A DNA stretch of 64,000 nt from the human T2T-CHM13v2.0 reference genome, Homo sapiens. Both the position numbers and the translations under genes were made by a program. The notes under the pieces are model-generated. The model did not search any database. It saw only the letters and a list, made by a program, of their open reading frames with translations, and was not told the origin of the DNA. The DNA lies in the NCBI RefSeq assembly GCF_009914755.1, contig NC_060935.1; one strand, 5' to 3'. Positions 1 through 14,899 of this stretch are shown here, one piece after another. Every line of letters begins with the position of its first letter. Position 1 is the stretch's first letter.

Positions 1-209
1 CTGTAATTGTCTAACCAGACCCAAGTTAAGCCACATCCTAATTTTGTGGCAGCAGAAGGTACAGGGGTAGCAGTAGTAAAGACTCCTTTCCAAGTTTCAC
101 ACTTTAAAAAAATCTAATATATTTTTCTACTTGTTTTAATTTTTTTCAGCAGTGAGATCTATAAATTATAGATCAACCCATATATTCTATTACCTAAGAT
201 GATTCCCTT

Positions 210-239
210 TCTCTCTCTCTCTCTCTCTCTGTCTCTCTC
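210..239. repeat. (CT)n microsatellite
   Basis: Direct reading. Confidence 0.9.
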
Positions 240-879
240 ATTTTTCCTGTAGATTGTGAAGGGAGGAAGGCAGTGAAAGCCAAGATAAAAAGTGAAGGGC
301 AAAATGTGTGCACTTACATGGCAAACAGAGAACATAATTGGCTGTTACTTGTGAATGTTGTCTTCCTTTCCTCCCCCAGCAGAAGGAAGGTTTGTGCCTA
401 AATCCCCATCAGCCTAGAGTCTACAAGTAGGTGACTTGAATTCTTTTTTTTTTCAATCACTTTCAAATAGAATGCCACAAATCTAAATATGCACAGCTGC
501 CTTACAGTAATTTCCTGTCTAACTCTAGGAACTGCAATCATTCCTCAATACAGGACATTTTAAATAACCTTGGTCTTCCCTGGGGTATTAATCCCTCAAC
601 TCAAGGAACTTTTTAAGCAAGGGAGCAATTAACTACTTGGTATAATTACACCTTAGAAATGAATGAGAGAAGAGAAGAGAGAGAGGGAGAGAGCGAGAAA
701 GAGAGAGAGAGCCTGATTATTATCATTTCCTTTGTAAAATATACTTCTGTGGAAGAATATTTTTAAACATTCCTTTGACATATATATCACACATATTTAT
801 TGTGTATTTTTATATTTACTGCTTTTCATATGTATATACTATTTTTTAATAAATAAATTATACCTTATTTTGCTACATA

Positions 880-1230
880 GTATTGACAGAATTGACTATT
901 GCAAGCAACAGTAACTGGGGTAGCTTAGAGAACTAAAGAAACTAATGGAAAACTAGGCCCAGGAACGGTGGAAAGTAGGGCAGCTGGAGGGAACTTAGCT
1001 GTTAGAATTCATGGAGCAACCTCAGGGCACCGCCATCAGCCAGTTCTACCTCAGCTGCCTTTGCTTCTGTGTGCCTCACCCCAAGATTCGAATCTGACTT
1101 CCTTGGCTGAGTCACATGCCTATCTCTGTGAGCAGGGTATAGATTATGGTGGGATGGAGATGGGCAGTTCTCCAGCGGGGAGTGAAAGGGGCTATTGCCA
1201 GAAGAAAGATGGAAGAAATATGCTGGGAGT
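880..1230. mobile_element. Degenerate MaLR LTR (MLT1-like)
   Basis: Motifs TTGGCTGAGTCACATGCC and GGGCAGTTCTCC...GGGCTATTGCCAGAAGAA recalled from MLT1 LTRs. Confidence 0.45.
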
Positions 1231-2129
1231 TCAAAATTAATGTTAAGCGATCACTTGTAGTATCTGTCCTTATACTACTTGACATCTATTAAAGCTTCTG
1301 AGTTAAATACTTTCAATACTCAATACATATTAGGGGTTGAGGTGGAATACAAACTTCCTCATTGAATACATTCTTTCATTTGTTTATTTATATATACATT
1401 TACTTTAACAAATGTTGAGTGCCAGTCATCTGTCAGCATTGATTATTTGCCAGGAGAGAGAAAGGTTGAGGGTAGGTGAGGTGGCTTAGACATTGTCTCT
1501 CTGCTCAAAAAACGTATAATCTATCTGGAAGAAAAATATATTTTACAGTTTTACTTAAACCTCAAAACTCTGGTGAAGTCCTCTACAGATGAGGCAAGTA
1601 AGGGTCAAAGAAGTTAAATCACTTTCTTAACTTGGAGGGAGTTTAGATTTGGTGTCTTCTTTAGGATTTTGGCCATAAAGTTTCAGTGTTTAAGGAATGT
1701 TTAGGTAGTTGCACTATTCCAAATACATCTGGAATTTTTATATGAAAAGAAAACTGTTTTGCTGCACATCTAGCAAATGACAAGAGTAGAAAATTCAATA
1801 ATTCTGCCATTCTATTTATCTTTGATTATCTTTAATGTTTTGAAACATGACTAACTTGAAAAAATAGTTTGTACCAAAAAAAAAAGAGGAAATAAACTTT
1901 TAACTAGCAAGTAACAGCTCATGAAATTTACCTGGTCTAGTAAAAAATGTATTCAGGGAAGTCAAATGCCATGGACTATTTTAGATCTCCAAATAGAATG
2001 TTTTAGAATAAAAATAGCACGTGCTAAATTAATGGGATGGTCACAGTAAAAACACTCATGTTCTGCGTTCCCAAAGGTCAAATGTTCTCAGTGACAATAC
2101 CTGTTACAGAAGAAATAGTGATCAGATCA

Positions 2130-2477
<348 letters not shown>

Positions 2478-2629
2478 TTACAGTTCAATTATCATAAGCA
2501 ACAAAAGTGTCATTGCAAGTTGTATTTTGTCTGCATTTTAAAGCAAAGATTCAATGTTTGATCAATTTTCGTGTTAAATGTAGATTCTATATGTGTCTTG
2601 AACATGTTAAATATTTATATTTAATAAAA

Positions 2630-3560
<931 letters not shown>

Positions 3561-4499
3561 ATTGCAAAGAAATACAAATTTTTAAATTTTCGTTTCATTT
3601 AACTTTACACAGCAAAACCATGTACTCAGGATTTCAATTTTCTTCAACAGATGAAGGTTACATTAGGAAAGTTATGTAAAAAAAAATTATCCAGTAGGAA
3701 ATTTAATTTTTTAGAAACTAATATTCATTCACAAAACCTTGCAATGCATACAGCACTGTGCACAATAGTAAAAGTCATATAGACAACTAAATGATGACAT
3801 GGTGTACTTGACCTAGGCTCTCAATATGGGACAGAGAAAGGGTAAAGATTACAGAGAACTAGTGGGGGACACCATCATTCTTCCCTTCTCTCCTGGCTTC
3901 AGCTTTCCCACTGTGACAGGTGGAATAAATCAGGTAGCTCTTGGGCCGCAGGTCCTGCTGTCTCCAATTCAGCCTAGAAAGAAGAGTCTCCACTTAGGCT
4001 TGGATTAAGCCACATTTTCCACTCATTTTCCCAGAGAACTTTATGACTGGGAATATTGAGATCTTGCTGATCTTTTCATTCTCCATTTGCTGGTGATTTC
4101 GATTTTCATTCTTTGTGAGTGAGAGCCTAGAAGTTAAGTAGAAGTTTGAGACCCCAAACTCATGTATAGTCATTCTGGTAAGAAATAGGATCAATACTGT
4201 AGAAGAAAAGTATTAAAACTGCTAGCAAACACTAGAGGTAGACAATAATAAATTTATAGGGTTGCTGACCTGCTTGGTTTGTGATTTTTCTCTAAAAGAG
4301 CATAACAAGGTGGGTGTGTGAATGGAACAAGCAGGTGAGCTCACTGAAGACTGGGCAGGAAGACATGATGGAGGGAAGGATTTTAGTAATTTAGAACTAA
4401 TTATAATAATGTTTAAGAAATCTGAAGCAGATAAGAAGCTAAGAAAAGGCTACAAGAGGAGAAAAGTTTACATGAACAAATCAGAGATTTTATTGAGGT

Positions 4500-5200
4500 C
4501 ATTTTAGCCTTTATTAAGTCAAAAATTTATTACAGCTACCAACATACACAAAAACAGCCATGTTCTGGTGAACAGGAACTAGCCAAAGTCTCTGTCCTCA
4601 ATGAGCTTACAGTCTAGTAGAAGAAGAGAGGCATTGGTCAAATAATCCTACATATATAAATGATAATTATTTAAGGCGGTAAGGGCTAGGAAGAAGTGCT
4701 GTGGATTGAAAAGCTATCGTGGTAGAGTATTTGTATCCTACTCATGTTCCTCTTTCATATCAGTAAATTAAATATGTATCCACATCATGATTTATATGGC
4801 TAGCTGATGTTCCCTGAAGGTAGAAGGGGACTTCCCTGAGAAACTGTTATCCCAGCTGAGATCTGAAAGTGAAAACCTTTCTAGGCGGGGGTAATAGCAT
4901 GCGCAAAGCCTTCATTGGAAAGATGTAAAGTATATTTGAAGAACTTGAGGAAAGAGAGGAAAAAAATTGAGATAAAACTTGAGAGGCAGAAAAGCAAATG
5001 ATGACTAAAGGCTCTGCTCTTTAAAGATTGCGATCTCTACATTAGGGGGCTTAAGAAAATGTAAGACAGTTTTAAGCAGCATTGAGTTTCGGCACATTGT
5101 GGAAGAGAGAATGTGAAAGATAATTCTAGCTACAGTCAGGAGAGCAGTTGTAGGGCGCAAGAGCACCTTCAGGGAGACAAATAAGGAAGATCACTGGGCT
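4500..5200 (-). mobile_element. L2 fragment
   Basis: GTCTCTGTCCTCAATGAGCTTACAGTCTAG and CTTCCCTGAG...AGCTGAGATCTGAA motifs typical of L2. Confidence 0.5.
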
Positions 5201-6073
5201 ATAGAATTTTGAGATATTTGGTCAGGAAAAAAAGAGGAAAGATAATCACTAGGGCAGAGAAATGCTGCGGGGAATGTGTGTGGGTTAAGGCCCTGCTTTA
5301 GCCTCGTGTGACAATGTCAGAACAAAGCTTCATTTTCTGCCTTACGTTTCTATACCTGAATGTGCACTACAAACCATGTTTTAACTCTAATTATCAGGTA
5401 AAGCCCCACACGGTATCTTCTGGGAATACCCAGAGGATTAGAACCAACAGAGGATAGTAACAAGATAAGAATGAGCATAATCGTACCCCACTCTGTGGGA
5501 TTCGAATATTTTATTACAAATGAGTTTTCTCTCAGATGAGCTTTCACGCATCTGAGAGATTGAAAGGAAAAAAAGAAGTTGGGGTAAGTTTTTTTTTGAG
5601 GGGGGTGTGGAAGGCCAAATGTTTATTTCTAAAGTTTCATCAAATTTGCTGTATTGTGCATAGCTGCATGAAGATCTGAGACAGATTCCCATCTACATCC
5701 ACAAACTAATTGTGTGGCTTAAAGAAAATTACCTAACATCCCTAAATCTCATTTCATCTTCTGTAAAATGATCTCATAGAACTCATAGGTAAATTACATT
5801 AGATAATATATAAAAAGCAATTACGCAGTGCCTGGTGAGGAATAAGGACTCAATGAATGGTAACTTATTACTCTAGGCAGATCTTCTGAAAAGCTACCTT
5901 AGACTACACTTCTCAAACTCTTTCTCTGCCCACACCAAATGGAGGTATAAAAAATAAAGAAATAGTGATTTGAGAGGGTTCAACTACAGTAGACGTAGTT
6001 ACAGGAAAAAGGAGATAACTAATAAGCCACAGAATGTGCGAAAACTGCATAAGCAAACTTTAAAAAAAATGTA

Positions 6074-6367
6074 GGCCAGGTGTGGTGGCTCACATCTGTA
6101 AGCCCAGTACTTTGAAAGGCCAATATGAGAGGATCACTTTAGCCCAGGAGTTTGAGACCAGCCTGGGGGCAACATAATGAGATCTCATCTCTAAAAGAAA
6201 TTTCAAAAATTGTCTGGATGTGGGGTGCACACCTATAGTCCCAGATGCTCTGGAGGCTGAGGTGGGAGGATCTCTTGAGTGGGGAGGTCCAGGCTATAGT
6301 GAACCATGATTGCACCACTGCACTCCAGCCTCGGTAACAGAGCAAGATTCTGTCTCAGAAAAAGAAA
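6074..6367 (+). mobile_element. Alu (AluJ-like)
   Basis: Diverged dimer (GGATCACTTTAGCCCAGGAG). Confidence 0.9.
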
Positions 6368-7250
6368 ATTGTGGTAAAATACACAAAGCATAAAATTTAA
6401 CATCTTAACCATTTTGAAATATATAGTACAGTAGTGCTAAGTTTATTTACATTGTTGCTTGACTATCTACATTGTTGCTCAACTAATCTCCTGGACTTTT
6501 TCATCTTGCAGAACTGAAACTCTATTACCATTAAACAACTTCTCCATTTCCTTCCAACATCTGTGGCTCCTGGGAACCAGCATTCTAATTTCTTTTTCCA
6601 TGAATGTGACTACCCTAGGTACCTCATGTTACTGGATTTAAACAGTCTTTTTGTGACTGGCTTATTTCACTTAGCATAATGTCCTTGAGGCTTATCCATG
6701 TTGTGGCATGTGTCAGAACTTCCTTTCTTTTTAAGTCTGGATAATGTTTTGTTGTGTGTATATACCACATTTAGTGTATCCATTCATTGAATGAATACTG
6801 GGTTGCTTTCGACTCTTGCCTATTGTGATTAATGCTGCTAGGAACGTGGGTGTACAAATGTATCTTCAAGACCCTGCTTTTATTTCTTTTGTATGTATAG
6901 CAAGAGCTGGAATTGCTGGATCATATGGTAATTCTGTTTTTACTTTTTTAAGAAAATACAATACTGTTTTCCATATCATCTGCACCATTTTACATTCTCG
7001 TCATTAGTGTACAAGGGTTCCAATTTATCACATCATAGCCCAAGCTTATTACTATTGTAATTTTTAAAATAGTAGCCATCCTTATTGAAGTGATATGTCA
7101 TTGTGGTTTTAATTTGCATTTCCTCAATGCTCAGTGATATTGAACATCTTTCCATATACTTATTTGCCATTTGTGTCTCTTCTTTGGATAAATGTCTATT
7201 TAAGTCCCTTACCCATTTTTCAATCAGGTTATTTGCTTTTGTTGCTGTTG
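6368..7250 (-). mobile_element. Old L1 (L1MB-like) 3' fragment
   Basis: Antisense L1 3' motifs (GGCTTATTTCACTTAGCATAATGTC, CATTGTGGTTTTAATTTGCATTTCC). Confidence 0.8.
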
Positions 7251-8595
7251 TTGTTAATGAGGTAAGATTTTAAAAAGTGAATATGTGTGTCTGTGTGTGT
7301 TTATGTATGTGTGCACATGTGTTTTAAATAAAATCTCATGTTGTGTGCTTTTAGATATAGGAAAGATTTAAATGGTTAAAGTTTCTCTTTTCAGTGCCAG
7401 TCATTGCAAGACTAATTTAGAAAAAGCCAAAAAGTTGGTCATTCAGATTTTGTTTTTTATATATCATCAGTTTTACCTAAACATGAATATATATTTAAAT
7501 TCAGACATAATATTATTCTGTATCTTAATTATTTCGCACACGTTCCTCTGTATCGATAAATATACAATTGCATCACAATTTGAATGGGTAAAGAGCTATC
7601 CATTCATTCATTCAGCAAACCTACACTGGAAGCTTACTATGTCACTGGGCTATGTCCTATGGATACAATGGTGAGCAAGACACACATAATCCCTACTTTT
7701 ATGAAACTTTCCATTGTCTAGAAAAGAAATCTGTTATAGAAGTATCAGTGTGTTGAACATCTGTCCCTAAACACTATTCAGGCTTTACCAGATATCATGA
7801 CATGTAGATTCTTCTACAAATACCCTGCACTAGTAGAACAGCAAACTAACACTAGGGTTATTTGAATCCAGCATATCATCTCTGATAGGCATCTCCAAAG
7901 TGTGGGAATAAGATGCTATGACATCTTGGATTTTTGCCAATCAAGTTAGGAGGAGCCATAGAATCCTCCTATTGCAATAAAACCGTTTAACTATGCTTGA
8001 AGGAGCTTCATTTTATCCTTTTTGCTTCATGCTATTTGTAAAGTAAGCATTTTTATTAGAGATTTTTACTTGTTTTTGTTTACTGGTTTCAAATACGAAG
8101 GGAACTTTGGGGACTATAAATGGAATAGAAAAACTACAAATAACTAAAATGTCATGGAAACTAGGAGCTGGCGTGTCTGTGGGATCCCCAATTAATAGTA
8201 CCATTTCTTTCACTTTAGATTCTGAGAAAGTCGAGAAACAGTTATCAACTCCAGTCTTGTTGGAAGTTAAGTTACAAAAAGTAACTTGCTGGGAGAATCA
8301 AATGAGCATGCCAATTAAGCCCCATAATTAGACCATCTTGTCTTCAACAACACTGGATGGAAAGACTTTCCCCCTGCGTTTACACTAAAGAGTATTTTGA
8401 CATATTGGCAGTGTGATGCAGTAGGAAAACCATGACACAGTAGGACTTAAGAGGGCTTGTGTCTAGGGCTGGCTTTAGCATAACTGAATGTAGTACACAA
8501 GGAAGACACTTATTGCTGTATCTCAGTTCCACCATCTGCAGGTGGGAATATTGGGTAGTAGAATAGAGTAAGTGGAGATAATAATAAAGTCAATA

Positions 8596-8926
8596 CAGTT
8601 GTCCTTCAGTATCCTCAGAGCATTGGTTTTAGGACCCTCATAAATACCACGATCCAAGTATACTCATGTCCCTTATTTAAAATGGTGTAGTGTTTGCATA
8701 TAACCTATGCACATCCTCCTGTATACTTTAAATCATCTCTAGATTACTTATAATACTTAATACAATGCCTACCACCATTTCATGCACATGAATTCAATGT
8801 AGTACTCAAGCGAGGCAAATTCAAATTTTGCTTTTTGGAACTTTGTAAAATTTACTTTCTGAATATTTTTGATCCACAATGGTTGAATTCACAAAGGCAG
8901 AACCCATGAATATTGAGGGATGACTG
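8596..8926. mobile_element. MER2-like Tigger-family DNA transposon
   Basis: Terminal inverted repeats CAGTTGTCCTTCAGTAT / ATATTGAGGGATGACTG flanked by TA. Confidence 0.75.
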
Positions 8927-9614
8927 TATATAGACATAACCTATGTCAGTACTTATTTTACCAGTTATTTATCAGACAACTTCTTTGTATCATGAGCTCT
9001 GGAGAGAGGTAATTAGGATGAGTAAATTGCAGGATGAGTAAAAAGAGGTCACTTAGGGTAGCTATGTGGTACAGGAATCTATAGCAGGGAGGTGATTTGG
9101 AGTTAACAGGAGCTGAGTTTGAGGTCTGATTTGCTGCTTAATGTGTAACCTTGGGTTCATTATTTGAAATATTTAATCCTCAAAACTCTTTTCTACATTA
9201 TGTAAAATCTACTTTATAGGGGTGATGTGAAGATTTAATAAGATGATGTACGTGAAATGCTCATCACAATGCCCAGAAGACAGATCATGCTCTATGAATG
9301 TTAGTTAATATTCTTCTTCACAAGGTGGAAGAACTGAAATTCTTATAGGCAGAAAAGGGGAACAATTATATTTTAATTGGAGCAAAAAGTAAGGTAAAAT
9401 TGAATGTTGATTTGGACAGAGAGGAACTATTGAAGGGTGCTTCTTGGACTGCTACAGATCCTCTTTATCCTCAACCAGGAAATATTGGCTACCTATTACA
9501 GGGACAAAAAATCTATCTCCAAGTGCTTGCTATGCCCTTTGGATTCCTTATCCAGAACTAAGAGACAAAGAATAATGTTAATTATGACATTTATTCCCAA
9601 TAATAACTCATAAT

Positions 9615-10540
9615 TTATTCACAAACAGTAAGTAAAACATTTCAGAATACTCTTTTCAGGGACCTTTTCACTTCCTTGTTCCTTAAGGAATAGATTAACG
9701 AGTTCAGCATGGGTGAGACAACATTATTTAATATTTGCACCTGGCACCAAGCAAGGGGTTGGGTGTGGACTTCAGATAGATGATGATTACAGGTCCATAG
9801 GCACAGAGGATTGCAACAAGGTGAGCACTGCAGGTGGAGAAGGCTTTCTGCCTGCCCTCTGATGAGCGGATTCTCAAGATGGCAATCCCAATGCTAGTGT
9901 AGCAGACACAGACACTGATCAAAAGTGTTAAAGCCAGAAAGCCAACATTTATGGAACCCACCCTCTGGGCCAGGGCACTGTCAGTACAAGCCAGGGGTAA
10001 AACAGCAGGAATGTCACAGAAGAAGTAGTCCACCTGATTGGGGCCACAGTAGGACAACTGAAAGGTAAAGGAGGTCAGAATGGTGGCGTGAAGACAACCC
10101 ACCAACCCGGCACCACGACCAAGCCGACACAGACTCCAGGCTTCATGATGAGCATATATCTCAGTGTGTGATGTATGGCAACAAAGCGATCATAAGACAT
10201 CACAGAATAGAGGCAGCCTTCAGCAGAACCCAGCAACTGATAGAAGAAGAGCTGTGAAGCACATCCCTTAAAAGAAATGACTGGGCTCTGGCCAGAGAGA
10301 TACAATAGCATCTTGGGACATGTTACAGATGGGAACAATATGTCAAAAGTAGACAGGCGTCCCAAGAAGAAATACATAGGAGTGTGAAGAAACAATCGCT
10401 ATAAGGATGAGTAAATTTCCAAGTAGGGTGAAGAGGTAGATGAATGAGAAGACAGCACAGAGTACAGCCTCCAGTCCCTCTGTCTGAGGTATTCCCCGTA
10501 GAATGAATTCATTCAGCAATGTGTGATTCCTCATGTTCAT
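9615..10540 (-). pseudogene. OR10N1P: Olfactory receptor family 10 pseudogene (probably OR10N1P)
   Basis: OR motifs GN, LHTPMYFFL, MSYDRFVAI, FFCDIP, KAFSTCSAHL, PMLNSLIYSLRNKEV split over frames by three frameshifts; symbol inferred from position next to VWA5A. Confidence 0.85.
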
Positions 10541-13500
10541 GGAAGGGTAGTCTGGGTTTTCACAAAATGTGTGAAAATATGAATGTGGAGGCTAATTGGG
10601 ATAAACACAATACCAATACATTCATTGGCACCAATTTTTGTTTAAACATTAAGTTGATGTTGAAATTAAGAATTAGAAATTATTCCAAAGACATTTAGGA
10701 ATTAGTAAAGCATGCATAGGCCTTCATATCTTCAGATATATTCCTTCATGAATATAGACACAAAACAAAATGAAACATTAATATGGTGAAATGTTGGATG
10801 GGCTAAGAAAACAGAGAACATAATTAATGTCCACAACAAATTATACAGTAATGAATGCCCTAAAAAGACCAACTGATAAGTCAGATCCTCCTGATTCCTC
10901 TTCAGAATATTTCTACAGTTACTCAAAGATGTGATCAGATGCCCTAATTATTCACCAAAAGTCAATTTGGTCATTGACATGTCTAATAAGAATGATGGAT
11001 TGAGATACAATGCAATGAGCTTTAAGATTTGGGTTGTGTTAATATCATTCTAATTATAGATAAACTTTTTATTTTTGGCATGTTCTTATTTGGAAATATT
11101 CATTTGTCTGAAAAGAAACTAACAGTGACTGATTTGGTTATTATTCTGAGGTTTTAAATTGCTTAGAGATTAGCAGCTGAGATATATTATTATATCCTAG
11201 TTTTAGGTTTTAGTGAAGTCACATCATATATAAAGATGCAGATATGAAATATTTAATCTTTGCTAATGATTGGATTTTTTGAATCCTTAAAATAATGAAA
11301 TTAAATATTTCAATTCAGAAGCTTTTTGTGTGTTTTTATCTTTAAAATTTTTTTTTATTATTTTGTTGTGTAAGAGCGCTTAACATGAGAAGTACTCTGT
11401 TACCAGATTTTCAGTATAGAATACAATATTATTATTAACAATATGGGGACAATACTGTACAGCAGATCTCTAGACTCATCTTGCATTACTAAAACTTTAG
11501 AGCCATTGATTAGTAACTCGGTCTCCCTGTCTTCCCTGCCCACCCATGACAACCATCATTTTGCGCACAGCTTCTATGAATTTGACTGTTTTATTTTAAG
11601 GGAAAGAGGTAACTGTATAGGCTGAGAACATGTAACTGCCGCTGGGATATGACAGTGCTTGAATACAAAGGCTCTTGTGAATCATCCAAGAAGGATGTTT
11701 TCATTTTCAGTTTTTACTTTTTTGATATATATATTTTTGATATTCCCAAATATCAAAACAAATAATTGCCCTTATCTCTACTTACAATTCCTGGTCAATT
11801 TCTCTGATCCTCTTTATAAGTAATAGTTATTGATTGATAATTTTAGCCTCTAAAAATATGGAAGTGGTAAGATAGATGAATATCATCCATATATACACAG
11901 GAAGTACTGAAGGAATTGAGTTCAGGTTCTGTTAGACTTCCAGATCCCTGAGAGTAGTACCTATAATTTGTCATTGAATCTGCAGCACGTGTCACAGTGC
12001 TTCTGAATAGCTGGAATTTAAATATTTGTTAGAGGAATGAATGAATGAAAAGTTGGAAATTAATTTATGGATATTATCTGACTGTGAGTTCTATGAAGAG
12101 ACCATGTTTATTCTTGCTCATCATTGTATCACTAGGATTTAAGAAGTAGCAGCACCCAACAAGTGTGTTTATTTCGATCAAATTTTTGGATGCTCTAGAA
12201 TTATTCCTTTGGTCCTTCGACTATTTTAAGTCTTTTTTCTTAACCCCTGCAAAAAAATGGTTATAGTCAGCCTACTTTTGGCTTCAGATACATGCCTAGT
12301 AAAAGGAATTTAGATATTCATTGAAATGTAGAGTATCTAATTGCTGAACTAGGAGAGATAGGATGAGGCTTGAATATCTTTGAAATTGCTGTAACTCATA
12401 AGTACCTCTTGCTGGAGGAGAGTTAAGGAAGGCAAATGGACCTTTCTGAAGAGAGGGAAAAGAACAAAATTATGATTAGTGGAAAGTTCTGTCACAGCAA
12501 CAACTAAAGAATGTGAAAAGGAGTTATTGTAAACAATATCTTAAATAGGACAAAATTATTCACACAACCTTAGGTACCAGCTTTAGATCCTATGTCTTAG
12601 ATCATGTGATAATCAAATCTGGAAAAGTGTTATCACAACATATTAATGAAATTGATGCAATCTATTATTGTCTTAAGGCATCAAGTCTATAGAGATTCTG
12701 TTTATTGTATTGGGTTCTTTGAATTTTGGGGTCCTTTGGGGTTTCTTGTTGGGGGAAAGCTAGTATTCTTCATTCCCCTCCACTACCCCACCTCCTTACC
12801 CCAGGATCCTTTTGTCTTCTTCCTCTGGGGGATCATCTGGATCTGAAATCAGTTTGTATGTGTGCCTTAGTTGTTGAAGAACAAGTGCATGGCCACTGGG
12901 TGGCCTCCATGATCTGGATTAGTCATCTCTTCACATAGGTATCTTGGGAGGTTTCTGAACAATTTCAGTTAGGCTCAATGAACAGAGGACAAATAGAGTT
13001 AACTGCTATGTAGTTATTTTAATGCATTCCTAGAAAAAGACGTTTAATAACTCAGCACAGAAAAGTGGAGTGTAATTTGTGACTTTTAAACTAAGAAAAT
13101 CTAGGGGATAAATGGAAAAACTAGTTTGATGTTGGAAATCAAGATCAAGTCAATGGGAAAATATTGCCAAAATGTGGGATGTTCTTATAGTTGTGCTTGG
13201 TATATAGTGAGTATCCACTAATGTTTGTTTTTGATTAACTGAGATAATACTTACCTCACAGAATTGTGTAAGGATTACATATGATGATATTCCTGATATA
13301 ACCTTGAAAAAGATAGAGAATTCTATTGTTCTCTGCTTGGATGAGAGGAGCCAATAAGGCAATGTTGATAAGGAAAGACAAGATTTTAAGCCAGGCAGAT
13401 TTTGTTTTACATCTAGGCTCTTGCTTACTAATTCTGTGACTCTGCTATGACTTCCATTTGCTTATCTCCAAAATAAGGATAGTATTACATTCTAAGGGTT

Positions 13501-14425
13501 GTTTGGCAGACTGAATGGGATAATGTAATATAAGGCATCTAATAGGGTGTCTGATATATTTCAGATGCCCAGCAACTTTTACTTAGTCCTTTACTCTGAC
13601 AAGGGTAAAAATATTCTTGTAATGTATTGACTTAATATCAGCATGAGTACAGCTAATGCTAAGTAACTCACAGTTTGGGGAAGTGTTTAGAAAATACCCC
13701 TGAGCACTGATGGAGGTCTCCTCTGAATTATATTGAGGTGCAAAAATAATATATGTGATAGAGGAGATTGGAAACCATGGCTTAAGTGCCTCCTGCATCC
13801 TCCACACCCCACAAGAAAGAACCCCTCCCAATCGTTCAAAAATGAATTATGCTAATACATGGTATCAGTGATAGACAAAGTGAAATGTGAGTTACTCAGC
13901 TGTTGACTCGAAAGCAGTACAATATAAACATGACTTTCTGTAAGATAAAAATTCAAAGAAAAGGAGATCTATGAGAAATAGCTCATGAAAACGATACCAT
14001 TTCAGGTTGAGATTTTATTAACCATGACTTTAAGAAATTTCTGTCCTTATAACTTCAAATATTATTTTTTAAAATTTTAAATATTTAAGTTCCTCACCAT
14101 TTCTAGACCCACAACCAGACAGGTTCACAGCCATCAAAGAAATGAGGAACTGAGAATGATAATTTAAATAGTAATTTAGGGTTGCAACCATAATAGAAAT
14201 AAATATAGCTTTCCTAGAAGATTCTATTCAAATCCAAACATTTGTCTAGAAAAGAGACATCATAGAATATTAAAAAGAACTTAAATCAGAGGTTTAAAGA
14301 TTCAAGCTCAAGTTCTGCTACTTGGTGGTGTGACTATGGGCCAGTAATTTATATTCTCTGAGCCTCGGCTTCCCATCATTACAGAAGCAGAAAGTATTCC
14401 TTGCACCAGTAGCCTAAACCTTAAC

Positions 14426-14540
14426 CAGGCAGCTAAAAATTATCATTCAAACTAGGACACTTTAAGAGCAAAGGGGAGCACGATTAATAATTAAGGCGGG
14501 ACAATACAGGTAAAATAGGACAGTTCTTTGTGTTTCACCC
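14426..14540. mobile_element. MER81-like hAT fragment
   Basis: AAATTATCATTCAAACTAGGACACTTT...ATTAATAATTA...GGGACAA matches recalled consensus. Confidence 0.5.
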
Positions 14541-14801
14541 ACCTGTATTTTGATATCTACACTATAATTGTGCTTCTTGAATATGTGGAATGTTCTTATA
14601 ATTGTGCTTGGTTTATACTAAGCACCCACTCATGTTACTATTAACTGAGATATTTATCTTACAGAATCGCTGTAAAGATTAAATATGGTGATGTTCATGA
14701 AAGAGTTTGATACCTAATAAGATGTTATATAATAGTTCATTATTATTATATTTACTGTGGGGAGTCCATATAATATATATATAAATAATGAATATGTAAT
14801 A

Positions 14802-14899
14802 TTCATTATTATTATATTTACTATGGGGAGTCCCATGCTAAAGAAGATTGGAAAACTCTTTAGCATGGGACTCCCCATAGTACATATAATAATAATGAA
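14802..14899. repeat. 43-bp inverted repeat (42/43 identical), 12-nt loop
   Basis: Arms 14802-14844 and 14857-14899 compared base by base. Confidence 0.95.

Noticed and set aside
5350-5547. Minus-strand ORF with signal-peptide-like stretch MLILILLLSS
   Set aside because: Short, no recognisable family or supporting exon structure
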